The notes under the pieces: model-generated
What the model saw: only the letters and a program-made list of their open reading frames with translations
Told to the model about the DNA's origin: nothing
Databases searched by the model: none
Position numbers and translations under genes: made by a program
Origin: Chrysomallon squamiferum
Lineage: Eukaryota; Animalia; Mollusca
Length of the DNA: 64,000 nt
Direction of reading: 5' to 3'
Assembly: GCA_012295275.1 (NCBI GenBank)
Contig: CM022671.1
Location: forward strand, 620,001-684,000
Part shown: positions 24,601 through 39,199 of the stretch, piece by piece
Position numbering within the stretch: position 1 is the stretch's first letter
Layout of the letters: each line of letters starts with the position of its first letter

Positions 24601-26515
24601 AGTTATTTTATATCCCTAACTAGTTCTAGTAAGCAGCTAATATTAGGTTTGAAACCCAGTTTTAACAAAAAGACATAACCACTCTTTTACTTGTAGCCGC
24701 TTTAGTGGTCTAACAATCTTGTCTATGAAAAAGTAATACATCACCAGCTCTTTAAAAATTAATATATCTTCTTTACACTCGACATAAATCTTTGATATAA
24801 AAGAAGATATTTTCCGTCATCAGACATTGCTGATAAACAAGATGTGTTAAGATGGTATTAAGTATTTGGTCTTGCATCTCAAGCACAACACATCAGACAG
24901 CAGAGCAATGCCAGAAAGATTATGATTTCTTTCAGTGTTTTTAAATGCTTTTCTTTGCTGCTGTTTTGTTCTCTATTTTAGTTATTTATTTATATTATCA
25001 TTATTTATTTATTTATTCATTTATTTATTTATTATTCATTTGTTGTTGTTGTTTGCTTTTTTATGTGTGTTTTTGTTTTTGGCTACTTGTTTTAATTTTA
25101 TTTTTTTGTTAACTTTTATTAAAATTGTATTTATTTTTTATAATTTATGTTCATTAATTTTGTTTTCTTCTGGGATTTAGGGAGGGGTTAATATATGTAC
25201 CTAGGATTTAAAGTTTAAAAACAAAATGTATTTTTTTTTTTTTTTTTTTTTTTACATCATCCATCTAGAGACATTGCTGCAGAATACATTTAGATCTGCA
25301 TGACTTTTTATTGTGCAAAACCAGATCAAACATTCCATTAGCCCAGTGCATGCACTAGCAACTCCCTTGTAAATGTTAGACTGTCTTCTTGAAAGTTCAT
25401 GTAAAAGACATCATATTGCTAATCATGAACAGCAGCTCTGGTGATAACAATGGAGAACAGGTCATTGTATTGGTTTTGATATCTGCTGATATATGAACCT
25501 GAACTCAGTAAGCATAAACAAAGCAAATGATGGAAAACATAGTGCTTAAAACTCATTATTCTTTCTGCAAGTGACATATATCTTAATTATTTATACAACA
25601 TAAAATTGCATTCTTTTAAATAATAATAGACCACAGAAAGTATTTCTATTTTTTTCCTTCAATTATCTTGACAACAATGAAATAATTCATGCATAAAACA
25701 CAAGAATCAGGATTTTAAAATAAAAAAATTTAATACTTTTTTTTTTTTTTTTTTTTAATTTCTTAAATATATTTAAAAATTAAAATTAATAAAACTGGTC
25801 AATGTACCACAATGTAAAGTTAAAATATTTGAAAATTTGTTTATATTACTTACAAAGAATTTTGAATTACATGTGTTACCATATTATATGTTACCATGGA
25901 AAAGATAAAAATAAAAACTACATTTGAAAATGTTAAAAATGGTCGAAAAATACAATTATTTTCTGAACTGCACATGCAAAACTCACTTAAGCTTTGTTAG
26001 TGATATTTATTATTCACTGTTTTGATCGAAAATGTTTTGTGTCATCAATAGCATTCTAAGTGAAAACCACTGTATTTTATATTTACTTCAGAGTCAAAAG
26101 AATATGCAATACATCTAATATAAATGTATTTTTTTCAAAATAATATAATGAAATGAAGAATGAAGTTGCACCAGAAGAATGAAACTAAATAAACAAATGA
26201 CACATTGATATATCTACAGCTAAAACAGAACAGAATACAATAATTTGTGACACTTATAGTGAAATGAAATCAAGCACAGCCTAAACCTATTATATCTGAA
26301 AGGAATTGTACTATCATACATGGCTATTCATGATGAGAAAAGCTATTCAGAATTTCATCCATCCATATCAAATTATCAAACCATTTGGTGTGACAATAAT
26401 AGACATGATACCAACAAAATGTATAGATCATTAAACATACCAGGATATACATTGTGAAGTGCTAATTCAAATTATGTTCTAAAAAATTATATTGTAAATA
26501 AACATTAATACTTAC

Positions 26516-26655
26516 CCAATAACAACAATTATAAAATCAAGTATATTCCATCCATTTCGAAGATATGCACCAGAATGCATACAAAATCCATAAGCTATTA
26601 TTTTTAGTATACATTCCATTGTGAATATAACTATAAACACATATTCCACTTTTTC
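26516..26655 (-). CDS. Cav1: Cav1 exon 4: IS2-IS3 ([23 protein letters not shown]...[17 protein letters not shown])
   Basis: CAG/GTAAGT boundaries; 140 nt. Confidence 0.97.
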
Positions 26656-27529
26656 CTGAAAAAAGAAAAATGGAAATAAATTAAATAAAATACTTTAAAT
26701 ACATCAGTTCAAGTTTAAGTAAGGAAGAATCAAACCAAAGTAATTCATAATCTTGCTCTTCAACAATAGAGAATTAAATATTAAAGAAACTTCTGTATAA
26801 TAAGCAATAAATGAAAAAGGTTATGGTCTAATTTAAATAAAATATCAAAGTAAAATGTTATATTATTATTACAGTCTAAGTGTAATGCACATTTTAAAAA
26901 AAGCAATGAAACAAACCATTTATCAATAAGAAAAGCTTGTTTTAAACAAAAAATTAAGTAAGAAAAAGAGAATAAAAAAAAAATATAATATTCATTTTTT
27001 AATTTGTTTTATCATTATTTTATCAAAGGAAAGAAACAAAAAGATAATAATCTATAATTACACTACACTTTACACTTATCCCAGAACAGAGATACATAAA
27101 TTATATTTCTGTCATTTTTTATTACATAATTATTACAGTATTTACTGCTGTATGTGTAAGTACTACTCCAATAAAAATTTCAAATGAGTACATCCAATTT
27201 AGTCAAAGAAAGATATAAATATAACTGAGAAATTAGGTGTTGCAATTAATATAGTAATTTAATCAAAATATAAAAGTTTTTGTGAATATTCATTCCGTTA
27301 ATAGAAGTAAGAGTAAATAGGGATAATTCATTTACCAGTTATGATATGTAGAATGTGCAAATACTTCATTAATCAATAATCATGTAAACACTAATGCACT
27401 TAAGAATTCAATTTAAAGAAAAGGCCAAGGACAGATGTTAATGTAAAGATGACAATTATTAGAAAGTGTTGATGTGTTTAGAACTTAGCTAAATAAAAGG
27501 TCAGTGTTAATCTGTGATTAAATACTTAC

Positions 27530-27635
27530 CAATGCAGCATTTACTTCATTGGAGTCTGATTTGGGGTATGGAGTGACAATAGCCAGAGCAACACAGTTTG
27601 CAAAGATAGTGATTAAAATTAAATACTCGAATGCT
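27530..27635 (-). CDS. Cav1: Cav1 exon 3: IS1 ([35 protein letters not shown])
   Basis: AC acceptor with TTCCTTGAC branch site; GTAAGT donor; 106 nt. Confidence 0.96.
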
Positions 27636-30600
27636 GTATTAACAGTCAAGGAAAAAGCACATACACATAAAACACAGACATATAACCTACACAAGTTAAT
27701 TAAAAATAAATGCTTTGTCTCTCAATATTTAAATGCTTTATCACTAATCGGCAACCAATTTTTTTATGCCTGTTTGACTAACTTTAACTTAGAAGCCACA
27801 TTAGTTTGCAGCAGATTTCAAATTATTTTATTAATTAATCAGATGATAATAGAAGCCACATTAGATAACAGCAGATTTAATTAATCAGATAATGACACAG
27901 AAGCCATATTAGATAACAGCATAATTCAAATCATATTCTAGTATTAATTAATTGGATAATCAGATGGAATCATTTGCCCACAACAATAAAAATGAATAAA
28001 ATTAATAACGGATAAAATATTTTCAAAGGTATTGAAGAAAATAGTATGCAGTTTCTTTATTTAACCTGTAAAGATTTTTTATGAAACTGAAACTGTACTT
28101 TGAAAACACTTAAATCACAAAATCATACAACTTAGATTTTAGCACTTTACAATTCAGTTGAACAACTTGTCACATGGTGTAAATGCATTTAAAAGAAATT
28201 ATCACATCTATCAAATACTCAGCAGGTAATACTTAACAAATGTACTGAAATGTCATGAAACAGAGACTCCTCTTAGTCTTATTGAAGTATATTAAAAAAC
28301 CATTATTAATATTAATCTAAACTAACTGTTAAAGATAACATCACTATATAGTTTAAACACACCTGTCAGTACAACCTGTATAGAGACATATGAAAATTAT
28401 ATCTATTGCATATGTATATGTAATAGAAACTGCAAATAATGCATAAAGAACTTTGAAAAATCACAAAATAAATGATCCTCTTTAAAAAGTATATCTAGAA
28501 ATTATTAATAACAAACTTTTAAACTATTAAATTCAGATTAAACATTAATCCTTATCCAAAAAATATAAATTAAATTAATTTTAGAAATTAATTACAAGTC
28601 TGCTTAAAGTTACAAATGAAGATACCAATAAATCTTTTAGTCACAAATATCTCTGAAGTATAATTCTTAATATACGTATCAGTTACATATGTATACCATA
28701 TCAAATACCACTTTGTTTGACCTTTAACAAATGTCAAGAATGCCCAACATATTGAAACCAGTGCCAAGATATAAGAATAGGTAGCATAATATTCTCAGTA
28801 CTTAAAATATATAAATTATTTGAAACTTCAATAAAAATAGATTAGTACAGCAAATAATTATAATCAGATACAATCCCACTCATATAAATTATATTCATGT
28901 ATTTTTATAGTATTCTTTTAAACTTGATAATACTGAATTATAAAGACAGTTACCCTTATCACTGGAAAAAGGGTGAAATCTTGAATGTACTTTATGTTTT
29001 TGTTATTTTAGCTTGGGATTGAGTAGGAAAGTTAATTTGTCATGGATGCAAAGATTGCTAAAGCAAAGTCTAAATTGCAAAAAGACTGTATTATGTACAG
29101 GTCATCATAACCTTTGTGGTTTTATATTAATACCACAAGGCATGTATGCTCTTCATTATTATAATAACCTTAACAAGAACCTTATACAGTGATTACAGTT
29201 AATTACTGAAGACATTTCTTTTTTTTTTCAACTACATTGTTAAAATGTTGAAGAAAAACAATTGACAATGTTTAATGTATTGCCTATAAATATTTTACTG
29301 TTGCAATTAAATCTATTCTTAGAATGGATATATATTGATCAGAACATATTTAGCTTAAAAACATATCCTTCACAAAATCAAAATTCAAGATTATAAACAT
29401 GGATTATAGCAATAACATTAAGAGTTATAAATTAGGTCAACAGTATTTTGGCTCTGCCTATTTATTCTTCAATGTTCAGAACATCTTTCAACCTGAGTCA
29501 CATATTTTCTCCATGTGAAAAAAGCACCACTCTTGATGAATTCAATATTTTGATCTAGACAAGCACTATTTTTCCTCAAAATAATGACAAGAAAGCAGCG
29601 TAGCCCATTATGGAATACCTAGGAGCTACAATCTGTCAAACATCTAGCCAAGACAAATCAATAATCAGATGACAGGATAGAGAATGCATTGACGAAGTGT
29701 TACAATCGGCAAATTTATTTAACCATGTTTCTTGTCAGGCTGTTGCATATCCATGTACATAATACAGAAATACATACATATATGTGTACATAGCAAAATT
29801 ATGTATAAATAATATAGGTATTATGTCAGAAACATTATTTCTAAAGCTGTTTTGAAGTTAAAATAATACCTTAAAAACAAAAACAAGAAAATACCCTTTA
29901 GTATGCCTAGATCAAGCTATAATAATCTTCCAGCAGGCTCAGTCATGAGAAGATTTTCTCTGAGCCCATGTTGGTTTTTGTTATGATTTCAAGTTGTTTG
30001 TTTCCATTAAGCTTTTGATTATGTTTTTGTCTTTTCATTCTTTTTATTAATTTCGTTTTCTTTTTTCTTTTTTTTTTTAGGATTTTTCCTGATTATGTTA
30101 TTATTATAAGATGTTATTTAAATGTAAAACATAGAGATCTATGAAACAACTTCAAATTTTAAATCAAAATACATGTTAAATGATCTGAAAATATCAAAAT
30201 TAATATTTTGAAAAAATAATTTTGTTTAAAACTAAAGATAGAAATTTAAAAAATACTAATTATAGTTAGTAATTTTTCTGTAATTTTTCATACAATTGTC
30301 AAAAATTTCAGTATTTTGCAATCTAAAAAATCTGGGTTAAATATTTATGTAGGTTAATCTGAGTATTATAATGTTTTAAATAAATGTTGAGGTTTTCCAA
30401 AGAGTGTATTTTTTATGAACAATTGATTTTTCTAGAATTTAAGTGCACCATTAAAATCACACAAAAGCTTTCAATCTCTTTCTTTCTTGCTCACTCTAAC
30501 ATACAAATTCATGAAAGAGAGGAAAACAGTAAAAATAAAATAAAGTAACTATTAAAATAAACACATACAATGACATAAACAAACACAAAAACGTACATAT

Positions 30601-30676
30601 AGACACACACACAAAATATGCAACACAATTGAAATCAAGCTATGTATATATGTATCTGGTTTTTAAAAAAGGATAT
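27636..30676 (-). other. U12-type AT-AC intron (Cav1 intron 2)
   Basis: 5' ATATCCTTTT; branch TTCCTTGAC at 27653-27645; terminal AC; only AT-AC joining keeps the frame (IVEW-R-AFEY). Confidence 0.95.
27790..27930. repeat. Degenerate triple tandem repeat (AGAAGCCACATTAGATAACAGCAGATTT...) in the AT-AC intron
   Basis: Three related copies starting at about 27791, 27851 and 27899. Confidence 0.75.
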
Positions 30677-31019
30677 CTCCATTCTACAATTCTGATGCTC
30701 AGTTTTCTGATAGGGTTCTTCAAATCCAAACAAAACAAAGCCCTCTGGGGGCGAACGTTTTGATTCTGTTGCTTTCTCATATTGACTCTCTTTCTTGTCA
30801 TAGTAGCAGCACCTGCTGCTGCTGCTAGTGCGGTGTTCCAACCAGAACTGAGAGGTTTGCCGTCTGCTCCTTCTGTAGAGATAGTTGTCTTGACAGGTAG
30901 TGAGGACAGAGAAGCCTTCTGAGATGGAGACTGGGCCTGAGACAAGTCTCCACTCTGTGTTTCTGTCGCTCGGGCTGACCGTGTTGGGCTCTGACTCCCA
31001 CCCGGGTCATTGTTTGCCC
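30677..31019 (-). CDS. Cav1: Cav1 exon 2: N-terminus with NSCaTE-like [10 protein letters not shown], pre-IS1 [25 protein letters not shown]
   Basis: TTTTTCAG acceptor; ends at U12 donor AG|ATATCCTTT; 343 nt. Confidence 0.95.
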
Positions 31020-34000
31020 CTGAAAAATAAAAAGAAACAAAGGTTATCATTATTTAACTATGCAAAAATATTATTATTTCTAGTTGAAACCAACCAAAAT
31101 TGTTCCTAACTTTAAGACCAAATGATAAAGAATGATATTTGTTAAAAAGAAAAACAAAATTTCAGTTAATTTTGAATGAATTTCAAAATAATGGTTAACA
31201 TTACATAAAAATTCAATCTTTAAATGAAATTTACATGAAGTGATCACAGATCCTTATATTAATGCAGTAAACAAAACAAATTAATTCTTAAAAAATAACT
31301 TTGCAATAAATTTGAAAAAAGCTGTTCATAAATTTATAAGTGATAAAATACATGCTTCATTTATATCATTTGCAACTCCATTTGGAGTAGAAAATGAATA
31401 TAAAATCTACAAAGATATAAAAGTATATTAATGTTTATATAGCCATGAAGTGATATAAATATAAATACAAATTCAAAAAACATGACAAAAGATTCACAAT
31501 GAGAAGGAAAATGAAAATGATTATATTATCAATGTTTTATTCATGGACACAATGACTGATCTATAGCTAAATGGTTCACAGGACTGAGTATAATTCATAA
31601 CAAAGAAAAAGAACCCTGATAAATATTTTGTTTTACAAACCAGATCTAGGCATTCTGAAAATTAATAAATGTTTAACGTTATTCAGTTACTATACAGATC
31701 ACAAACAAACAGTTATTTAAATGTAAGCAAACCTACACAGTGATAGATGTACATCGATACGAGAAGGCAAGTTTAAATTCATTATTATAGTGTCACTGTG
31801 TGCAGACCCTTGAGCTGATAGTTGTAAATGCTGCAGAAAACATCCAATCTTTGACAATTTGGGCCAATAATTATAAGCAGCAACTCTACCAACATGGTTT
31901 CTCTGAGATTAATTCTCTAGGGCCGGATTACTCTAAAGACTACCAGAAGATCCCAATAACTGTATGAAGTGATTTCCCTCTGATGACTCCTGCTAGCACT
32001 TTGCTATCTGCATGTGATCCCAGTTAGAAATACTGATGGAAATGGCTTCAAAAGATGACAGAGGATTTTGATTACCCTTGTGGTTAGTGATAAAAGATTG
32101 TAACTTTGAGAGAAAAAAGCAAGAGTCTTTGACATTTCATTATAACAATGTATGAAAATATCATACATAGGAAAAAAACATATTCTGGATGCTCTACATA
32201 TTTCAAGAATTAGTAATGAACTAATTATTTAAGCTAGCCTAAAATTTAACCAATTACAAAATAAATATAGAACAATAAAATATTTTCCTTCAAGATCAAC
32301 TTCAAAAAGTTCTGAATTAATATTCCAAGGTCACCTGAGGATTTTTGTGGTATCAAAATCAGTGTAAATTTTTAGATGATTACAAAATAGTTTTAATGGA
32401 CAGGATGTGCAATTAGAGAAAAAAGCTTTGGGCTTTTTGGGGTTTGTATAGATTGTTCATATGAGTTGATAAATAATATTTTTGTCTTACATTGTATGAA
32501 ATTACAGTTCATTAGAGTGTTCTTTCTCCTGTTAAACTGTAACATTATTTGCTGTTTTAAAGCCTCATACATTTATTTTCTCACTCTTTTCAGTATTTAT
32601 TTGGTGCATTTGTATGTTCTGTATTCAAAGCTTTCAGGATATTTCCAGATGACATCACTGGCATAATAAAGTAAAGAAGTGTCTACTACAGTCTTTGTTC
32701 CAATGACTACAGAAAACAAAATATCTGATAATGTCTTATGCATCATGACATTTATAATTATAAAAGCTATTAGTCATAAATATCATTTCTACTATATTTG
32801 AAAGAAGGTACATAAAAAAATGTAAATTTTTGTTTAATAACATATTAACACAGTTTAAAGTTAATTACTGTCAGATATACATATCTGATGATATGGACCA
32901 TTATTGCACCAGATGATTAACCAAAGAGAACCTTCCCAAAGCAGATGGGTATAAAAGGAAGTCATATACAATGATGCATAATAAACCAGTTATTGCACCA
33001 TTACTGAATAAGAAATATTTAATGGATAATGTCACCTAGCCATAGAGTAACAACCTGTGATATTAATTCTAACAGAAGTAAATAATGTTATTTTAACAAT
33101 ATTAAATTTACAATTCGGCAAATATAAAGGCAATATACCAAGGTAATAAATAATAATTTAAGGACAGTAATATGTCATTTTGTTATATAGAATTCTTGTT
33201 CTACATTTTGGCTGAGCAGCACACATATAACAAATAATTGAGAATAAATAATAATACATTTAAAGAATAAAGTTTATTATATTAAGTAATTTAGAATTTT
33301 GGTGAAATAATACATTTAAATTTAAGCTATTAGTACCACTGTTTGTAAATTGTTCAAGTATACTAATTAATTGAAAATTTGCCTTAATACAAATTACCGT
33401 ATTAATAGATTGCTAGAAGGAGCATTCAGAAAAAATACAATACAGAAACAACTAAATTATTTTATAATAAGTAAAATACAAATACTATTTACAGAAATTA
33501 TATATCCTTATATGATGAAGTTGACATATTAAGTTACATTAAACTTAGACTCTAATTCTTAATGAACATATATATAATACCTGTGATCATATCCATACTG
33601 GCTGGTCAAATGACACATGAAAAATGACCATGAAGGTGAAAATAATTTCAGAACTAACAAGTCCTGTCCACATAGGCCATTTTTCTTCATTAAACTTTTA
33701 TTGAGACAATATAAAAACATATGAGAAAAACCATTAATCTCAACTGTAAACAATCCACAAAAATCATGTTTGTAAATAGATTCTGGCATGCAGAGATTTA
33801 AAAATTCTGCAGATAAAACAGATGTACAGAGAATAAAAGTAACACTGATTGACTCAGATGTGTATGTCAGTCTTTCAGTATCTGTCTACTATAAACATAC
33901 GTACTACAATCATTTGAGGACAGTAAAAGTAGTCTGGTTTATGAAATAAACAGTATGTAACTCATTGATTTTTCTGTCGGGGAATTGCAATATAAATTTA

Positions 34001-34895
34001 CAACATGTGTTTCATACTGACTGAAAATATAATTTTATAATATATGAAACCGTACCACAAAGCTTTACTTCATCTGGTTTTAACATTCACTGATTCAGTG
34101 GCTCACATAACATTTTGAACATGTGTAGATGTTCTATCAGCATTTAAACTGTATGACTGTTTTATTGAAAATAAAATATAGTCAAATCTACTGAAATGTT
34201 GTTTAATAATTTATACAATGATTTTTTTTTAATAGTTAACAAAACACATTTAACATAATTTCTTACGCGACTTCCTTTTCTAGCCTATGCTTCATTAGCA
34301 TTTGTTAAATGATCAAGTATATGCTTTTCTGATTATGGTAAGGCTAATATAAAAAACAGCCTACACAAAATATGTATTAGTTGCACTTAAAAACCATTTA
34401 CACTGATATATACTGACGTACTGCCAATCATTCACTGATTTACACATTTCAATTTAAGGTGCTAACATCTGTTGTTATATGAATGAATATAAAAACAAAA
34501 TAATGTTTGGCAGCTATGATTATTCTACTAGTTTTAATAGTCTTCACACAAAGGCAATAATTTGGTAGCATTTTAACATTATAATTCTATTTTTTAAACT
34601 AATATTTAATGTCAAAAACATCAAAATAAAAAATAATACTTACGTTTCTAATTTGCATTAAAAACATTTTTTTAAAACCCAGAAGAAATTACATGTACTT
34701 AAAAATAAAAAACTGTGTCTAAATGTATAATTAATGCAGCTATATAATGTATGGTTTCAATTATTATTACTTACCTTTGAAACAAATGATAAAATGAAAA
34801 TGTTTAAAAATTCAGAAATCACAGACATCATAATTTCCAATTAATTTGCTATTTTATTTTATAAGCTTGTTTTATGATTTCTTTTATTTGCATTT

Positions 34896-34939
<44 letters not shown>

Positions 34940-37900
34940 TAATATAATAATAATTATTATTTATTTTTTATTATTACTACTACTACTATTTTTATTAATC
35001 TTTTTTGTTTCTTCTTCAGTATCTTCTTCATTCAAGCAATAAGTGTTGAAAATGTCAGTTAAGCCTGAACATAATTTTTATAACACAATAATTTTATATT
35101 TTTGTTACTGATGTCAAATCAATAGCAAATAAATGAAACACAAATACAAGATATATATATTCACTAATCTATTGCCTACATTATCTGTTGGCTTATGTTA
35201 ATAATTAATCCACAGTAACTATAACAATAATCTTCAAATATTCATGTGTAGAAAAGTTTAATGAGCCATACTGAAAATACACTTTTATTCTTCAAACAAA
35301 TGGTGTAAGTATTTAATTATTTTCCCCCCCCTTTAATAAAAACAAAAGAAATAAAAATTTTAAGAATATATGTAATATTATAATGAAAAGAAAGAAAACA
35401 TATCTTCTACAGCTTATTATAAATAATGTATTTATAACTTAGTATAATTATGACAAATACCTTCTGAAATGCCCAACACCCTTAAAAGTAAATAAATAAA
35501 TTAAAATCACTGTATCAACAATACTGAACTTAATTTTGAAACATAGTACAAACAAAAACATAAATGGTATTTCTGTTCATCTATTTCAGCTTTCTGACTA
35601 ATTCAAAAAACTTACTGTTGTTATTCATTGCAAATAACGAACTGACATAAGATTCTTGGTGAAAAATCAGCCACAAATATCAGATGAAAAATTTCATCAG
35701 TGAATGTGTTTGATGATCAACAGAACTTGCTTTTCCTTTTTCAAAAAGTAATAAGTATTTCTGACAGCAAATTTGATAGCACATACTGCACATTTATGGA
35801 ATGAAAAATATTTGAAATCTATTTATTTTCATTTCTGACAGAATTTGAATACTGCAACTGGATTTGTTGGCTGAACATGCCAGATTACTGATGATGAGCA
35901 AAAATAAGAAAAACATTTCAGTAATTATTCTATTTTCTATCAACATCATTCTGTTTGTTCATGTGGTTGTTTTTAATACTGCTGAGTGTTGTTGTTCTTT
36001 TTTTTTTCTTTATTGTTTTTGATATTTTAGTTTCCTTCAAGTATTTTGAATAAAATATTCCTTGCCATTTTCAATTAAAATAGTTAAAAGAAACAACAGC
36101 AGTTTGTTTCATCTTTCTTTCACATCATAAATAATGTAATTTAACTTCATAATTAAAAATACCAGCATCTCACTAACTGTAATATAATATATTATCAATA
36201 ACAATAATTGGAATTACAACACAGTTGATGGTGGAACTCAAGATTTATCATAAGTCTAAGTGGAAATCAGCTTTGAAGCAGATGCATGTACTAACTGAAC
36301 AAGCATATGGTTCATTACTCATTTTATTTACTATATAAATACTATAACAATATCCCTTTCATTTTAAATATGTTCTTAAAATAAATATACAGTTTTGATT
36401 ATTATTATTATATTGGTAAGGAAAATTGATATCAGGATGTACCTATTTTTTTTTATTAGAAAAAAAAATACTACATTATCATTCACAAACTACATAGAAG
36501 AAAAAAAACGACTGACAAACAGTTTTTTTGATTTTACTCAGGGTAACAACTGCAGATTTATTAATGTTTAATTTGATTGTGTTTTAATTACATGTTCTTT
36601 GAAGCAAACATGATAATGTAATAAAATCTAATATCAAAAGTATTTTTTTAAATATCATTTTAAAAATAATGATAAACCTTAATAGTTGAAAATATTTATT
36701 ACATATTGTTAATTTGTAACAATTGTTATGACCTTCTTTTGATGTTTTGATTTTTACATTTATTATCAAGAATAATTTTTGACAGTCTATTCAATATACT
36801 TATAAACTACATTTATGTGGCACTACAGAGATTTTTCATTTTTGTTTTGTTTACATTTTTTTCTTTCCCTGCCTTCAAATAGAGAGAAAAGTACAAATTA
36901 TGGCCTTTTACTAAGCAAACATGGAGTACTGGCTTAGTTGGGAAATTCTTGTTTTTTTTTTAAATTCAGTTTTATCATTCAGATAAAAATTAATAATAAT
37001 AAAAAAATTCCATACTGAACAAACATAAAGTATTTTGCACTTCACAGCTCATCTCTGAGAGAAATCTGCTGTTAAATGTAAAATGGTCTATGGATTCATA
37101 TCATTGCAATAAGTATGATGGATTCATTAGGGTATGGCTTAAAATTATTATAATGTACAGTATAAACTACATATTAATATAAAAAACAAAAAAAGAACCA
37201 TATGTCAAAATTCACAATATTCACTTTTTTCTAGGTTTGAATCTGAACAATACATACAAATATAAACCTAAGTAACTTTGTGTTAATAAACAAATGATCT
37301 AAAAGACAAACCTAAAGAAAGACAAAGGTTAAATGAAAGAACAATAAGATAATAAAAAATTAAAAATTAATAAAATATTAGCTACACAAACTTTTGTGGC
37401 TCAAGGCAATTTTTTAATACATAATTAAACTAGATGTAAACAAAGAAAACACCATCTACAACTATTTTACAATAATGTTGATCAAAGAAAGTTTAACATT
37501 TCAACTGTCTGCACTGTTAATCTGAAAAATGTTCATGATTTTATCAGCCAGTTTCAGTGGTAAATTGAATAAGAACAATATTAATTATTCCACTACATTA
37601 AGCAATTATAATGTACATTTATGTACATAAGCAATTTCCTTTTAATAGCCACATATTAAGTATTAGAATTAAGTATATTTTAAAATGAGAATAAAAACAT
37701 TTTAAAATAAAAAATTGCTACATTTACATATAATGTACTGATTATTAATGATTTTCACACTTTACTTTGTCACACATTAATTTAAAAAAATGTTCACTCA
37801 TTTTTCAGGATGTAAATATATATGAAATGTCTTAATTCCACTAATATCTCAAAATATGTATATGGCTAAATGTTTACATCAGTCCAAAACATGTAAGAAA

Positions 37901-38892
37901 GTATACATTTCACTTGCTGGCAAAAATGATTAGAAGAACACTTCCACTATAAACTACCCATAACATATGTATTTCAAAATACTGAATATGTTTCTCCAAC
38001 CACCTTTATATTCAATTCCTCCTATATTTATCTCAACTTTGTGTTGTCTAGTGTAAAGCCCTATCATATATATATCATTTCAAATTACTTTTCAAGTTAT
38101 GTATTCCTTATCCATAATAAAGAAATATAAATTTTTTTAAACAGGAAAGATAGTGATAGCTTATCAGTTATGGTTTTAAGACAGTTTTGGGTTACTCTGC
38201 TTCATGCACTAAATTATTAAAACATTTCACACACATTACACACATATATAATAGATGTAGGCTATGAATGAAACAGAAATAGATTTTGTGTTAAAATTTA
38301 AATGCTATTCTTTGGTTGTCTTCCAGATTATAAGAAATGTAAGGTCATGAAGAAATATTTCAAATAAGAGATGCTCAATCTGTATCATGTTTATAAACTA
38401 TCAATTATGGCAGTCAAAATAAGTTTTTGTTGTTTGTTTTTGATGATATAAATGTTAGGATTTCAGATACATTAATACCAACTTCAGTAATTGCTTATAC
38501 TGTTAAACAACAACTATATTTGTTTTGATACATTGGTAAGTTATGCCAACTGATGTAGTTCTACCTTATAAAATTATTATTATTCAAATGTTGTAATATT
38601 TTTTTATCCATTTTTTCTCTTTTAAAAATTTTTAAAATTTTATTATATTTTTAAAATATAATATGCATACACAACTGGGTTTTTTTGTTTTTTGGGGAGT
38701 TTTTTGTTTGTTTTTTTATTATTTATTTATTTATTTTTGGAAGAAAACTAATTATTCATCATCATGTTAAAAAACTCATATTCACAAACATACACATATG
38801 GTTTTACAGATTAATGTAAAACAATTCTGACACACAGAATATGAAATCTCCAAAATTTTGATTTTGAGTATGTATATCTATTCTATATCATT

Positions 38893-38896
<4 letters not shown>

Positions 38897-38934
<38 letters not shown>
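38897..38934. repeat. (TG)n microsatellite near the start of Cav1 intron 1
   Basis: Direct reading. Confidence 0.9.
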
Positions 38935-38940
<6 letters not shown>

Positions 38941-39180
38941 AAATTGCCTGTAAAATAAAAATATGCCTGCAACAGATAAAGCAGTCAACAAGCACCAAGA
39001 TTTTGTCTTTATGTACATAAACATCTTAAGTTAATAATTATCAATATCTATGTATACACAAGTCAAATGCCAGCCATGTTTCTTTCTAGCCGTCTGCTAC
39101 TACTATCGTATCCAGCATCATTGCATTAAATATATTTCAAAGAAAAAACGAACATACTAAATAATAATCAAATAAAGTAC

Positions 39181-39199
39181 CTGCTGCCGTCGAGGCCAT
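39181..39199 (-). CDS. Cav1: Cav1 exon 1 coding part (MASTAA-G)
   Basis: ACAATGG start context, CAG|GTACTT donor, phase 1 matches exon 2; lies in the CpG-rich promoter region. Too short to confirm by homology. Confidence 0.7.
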
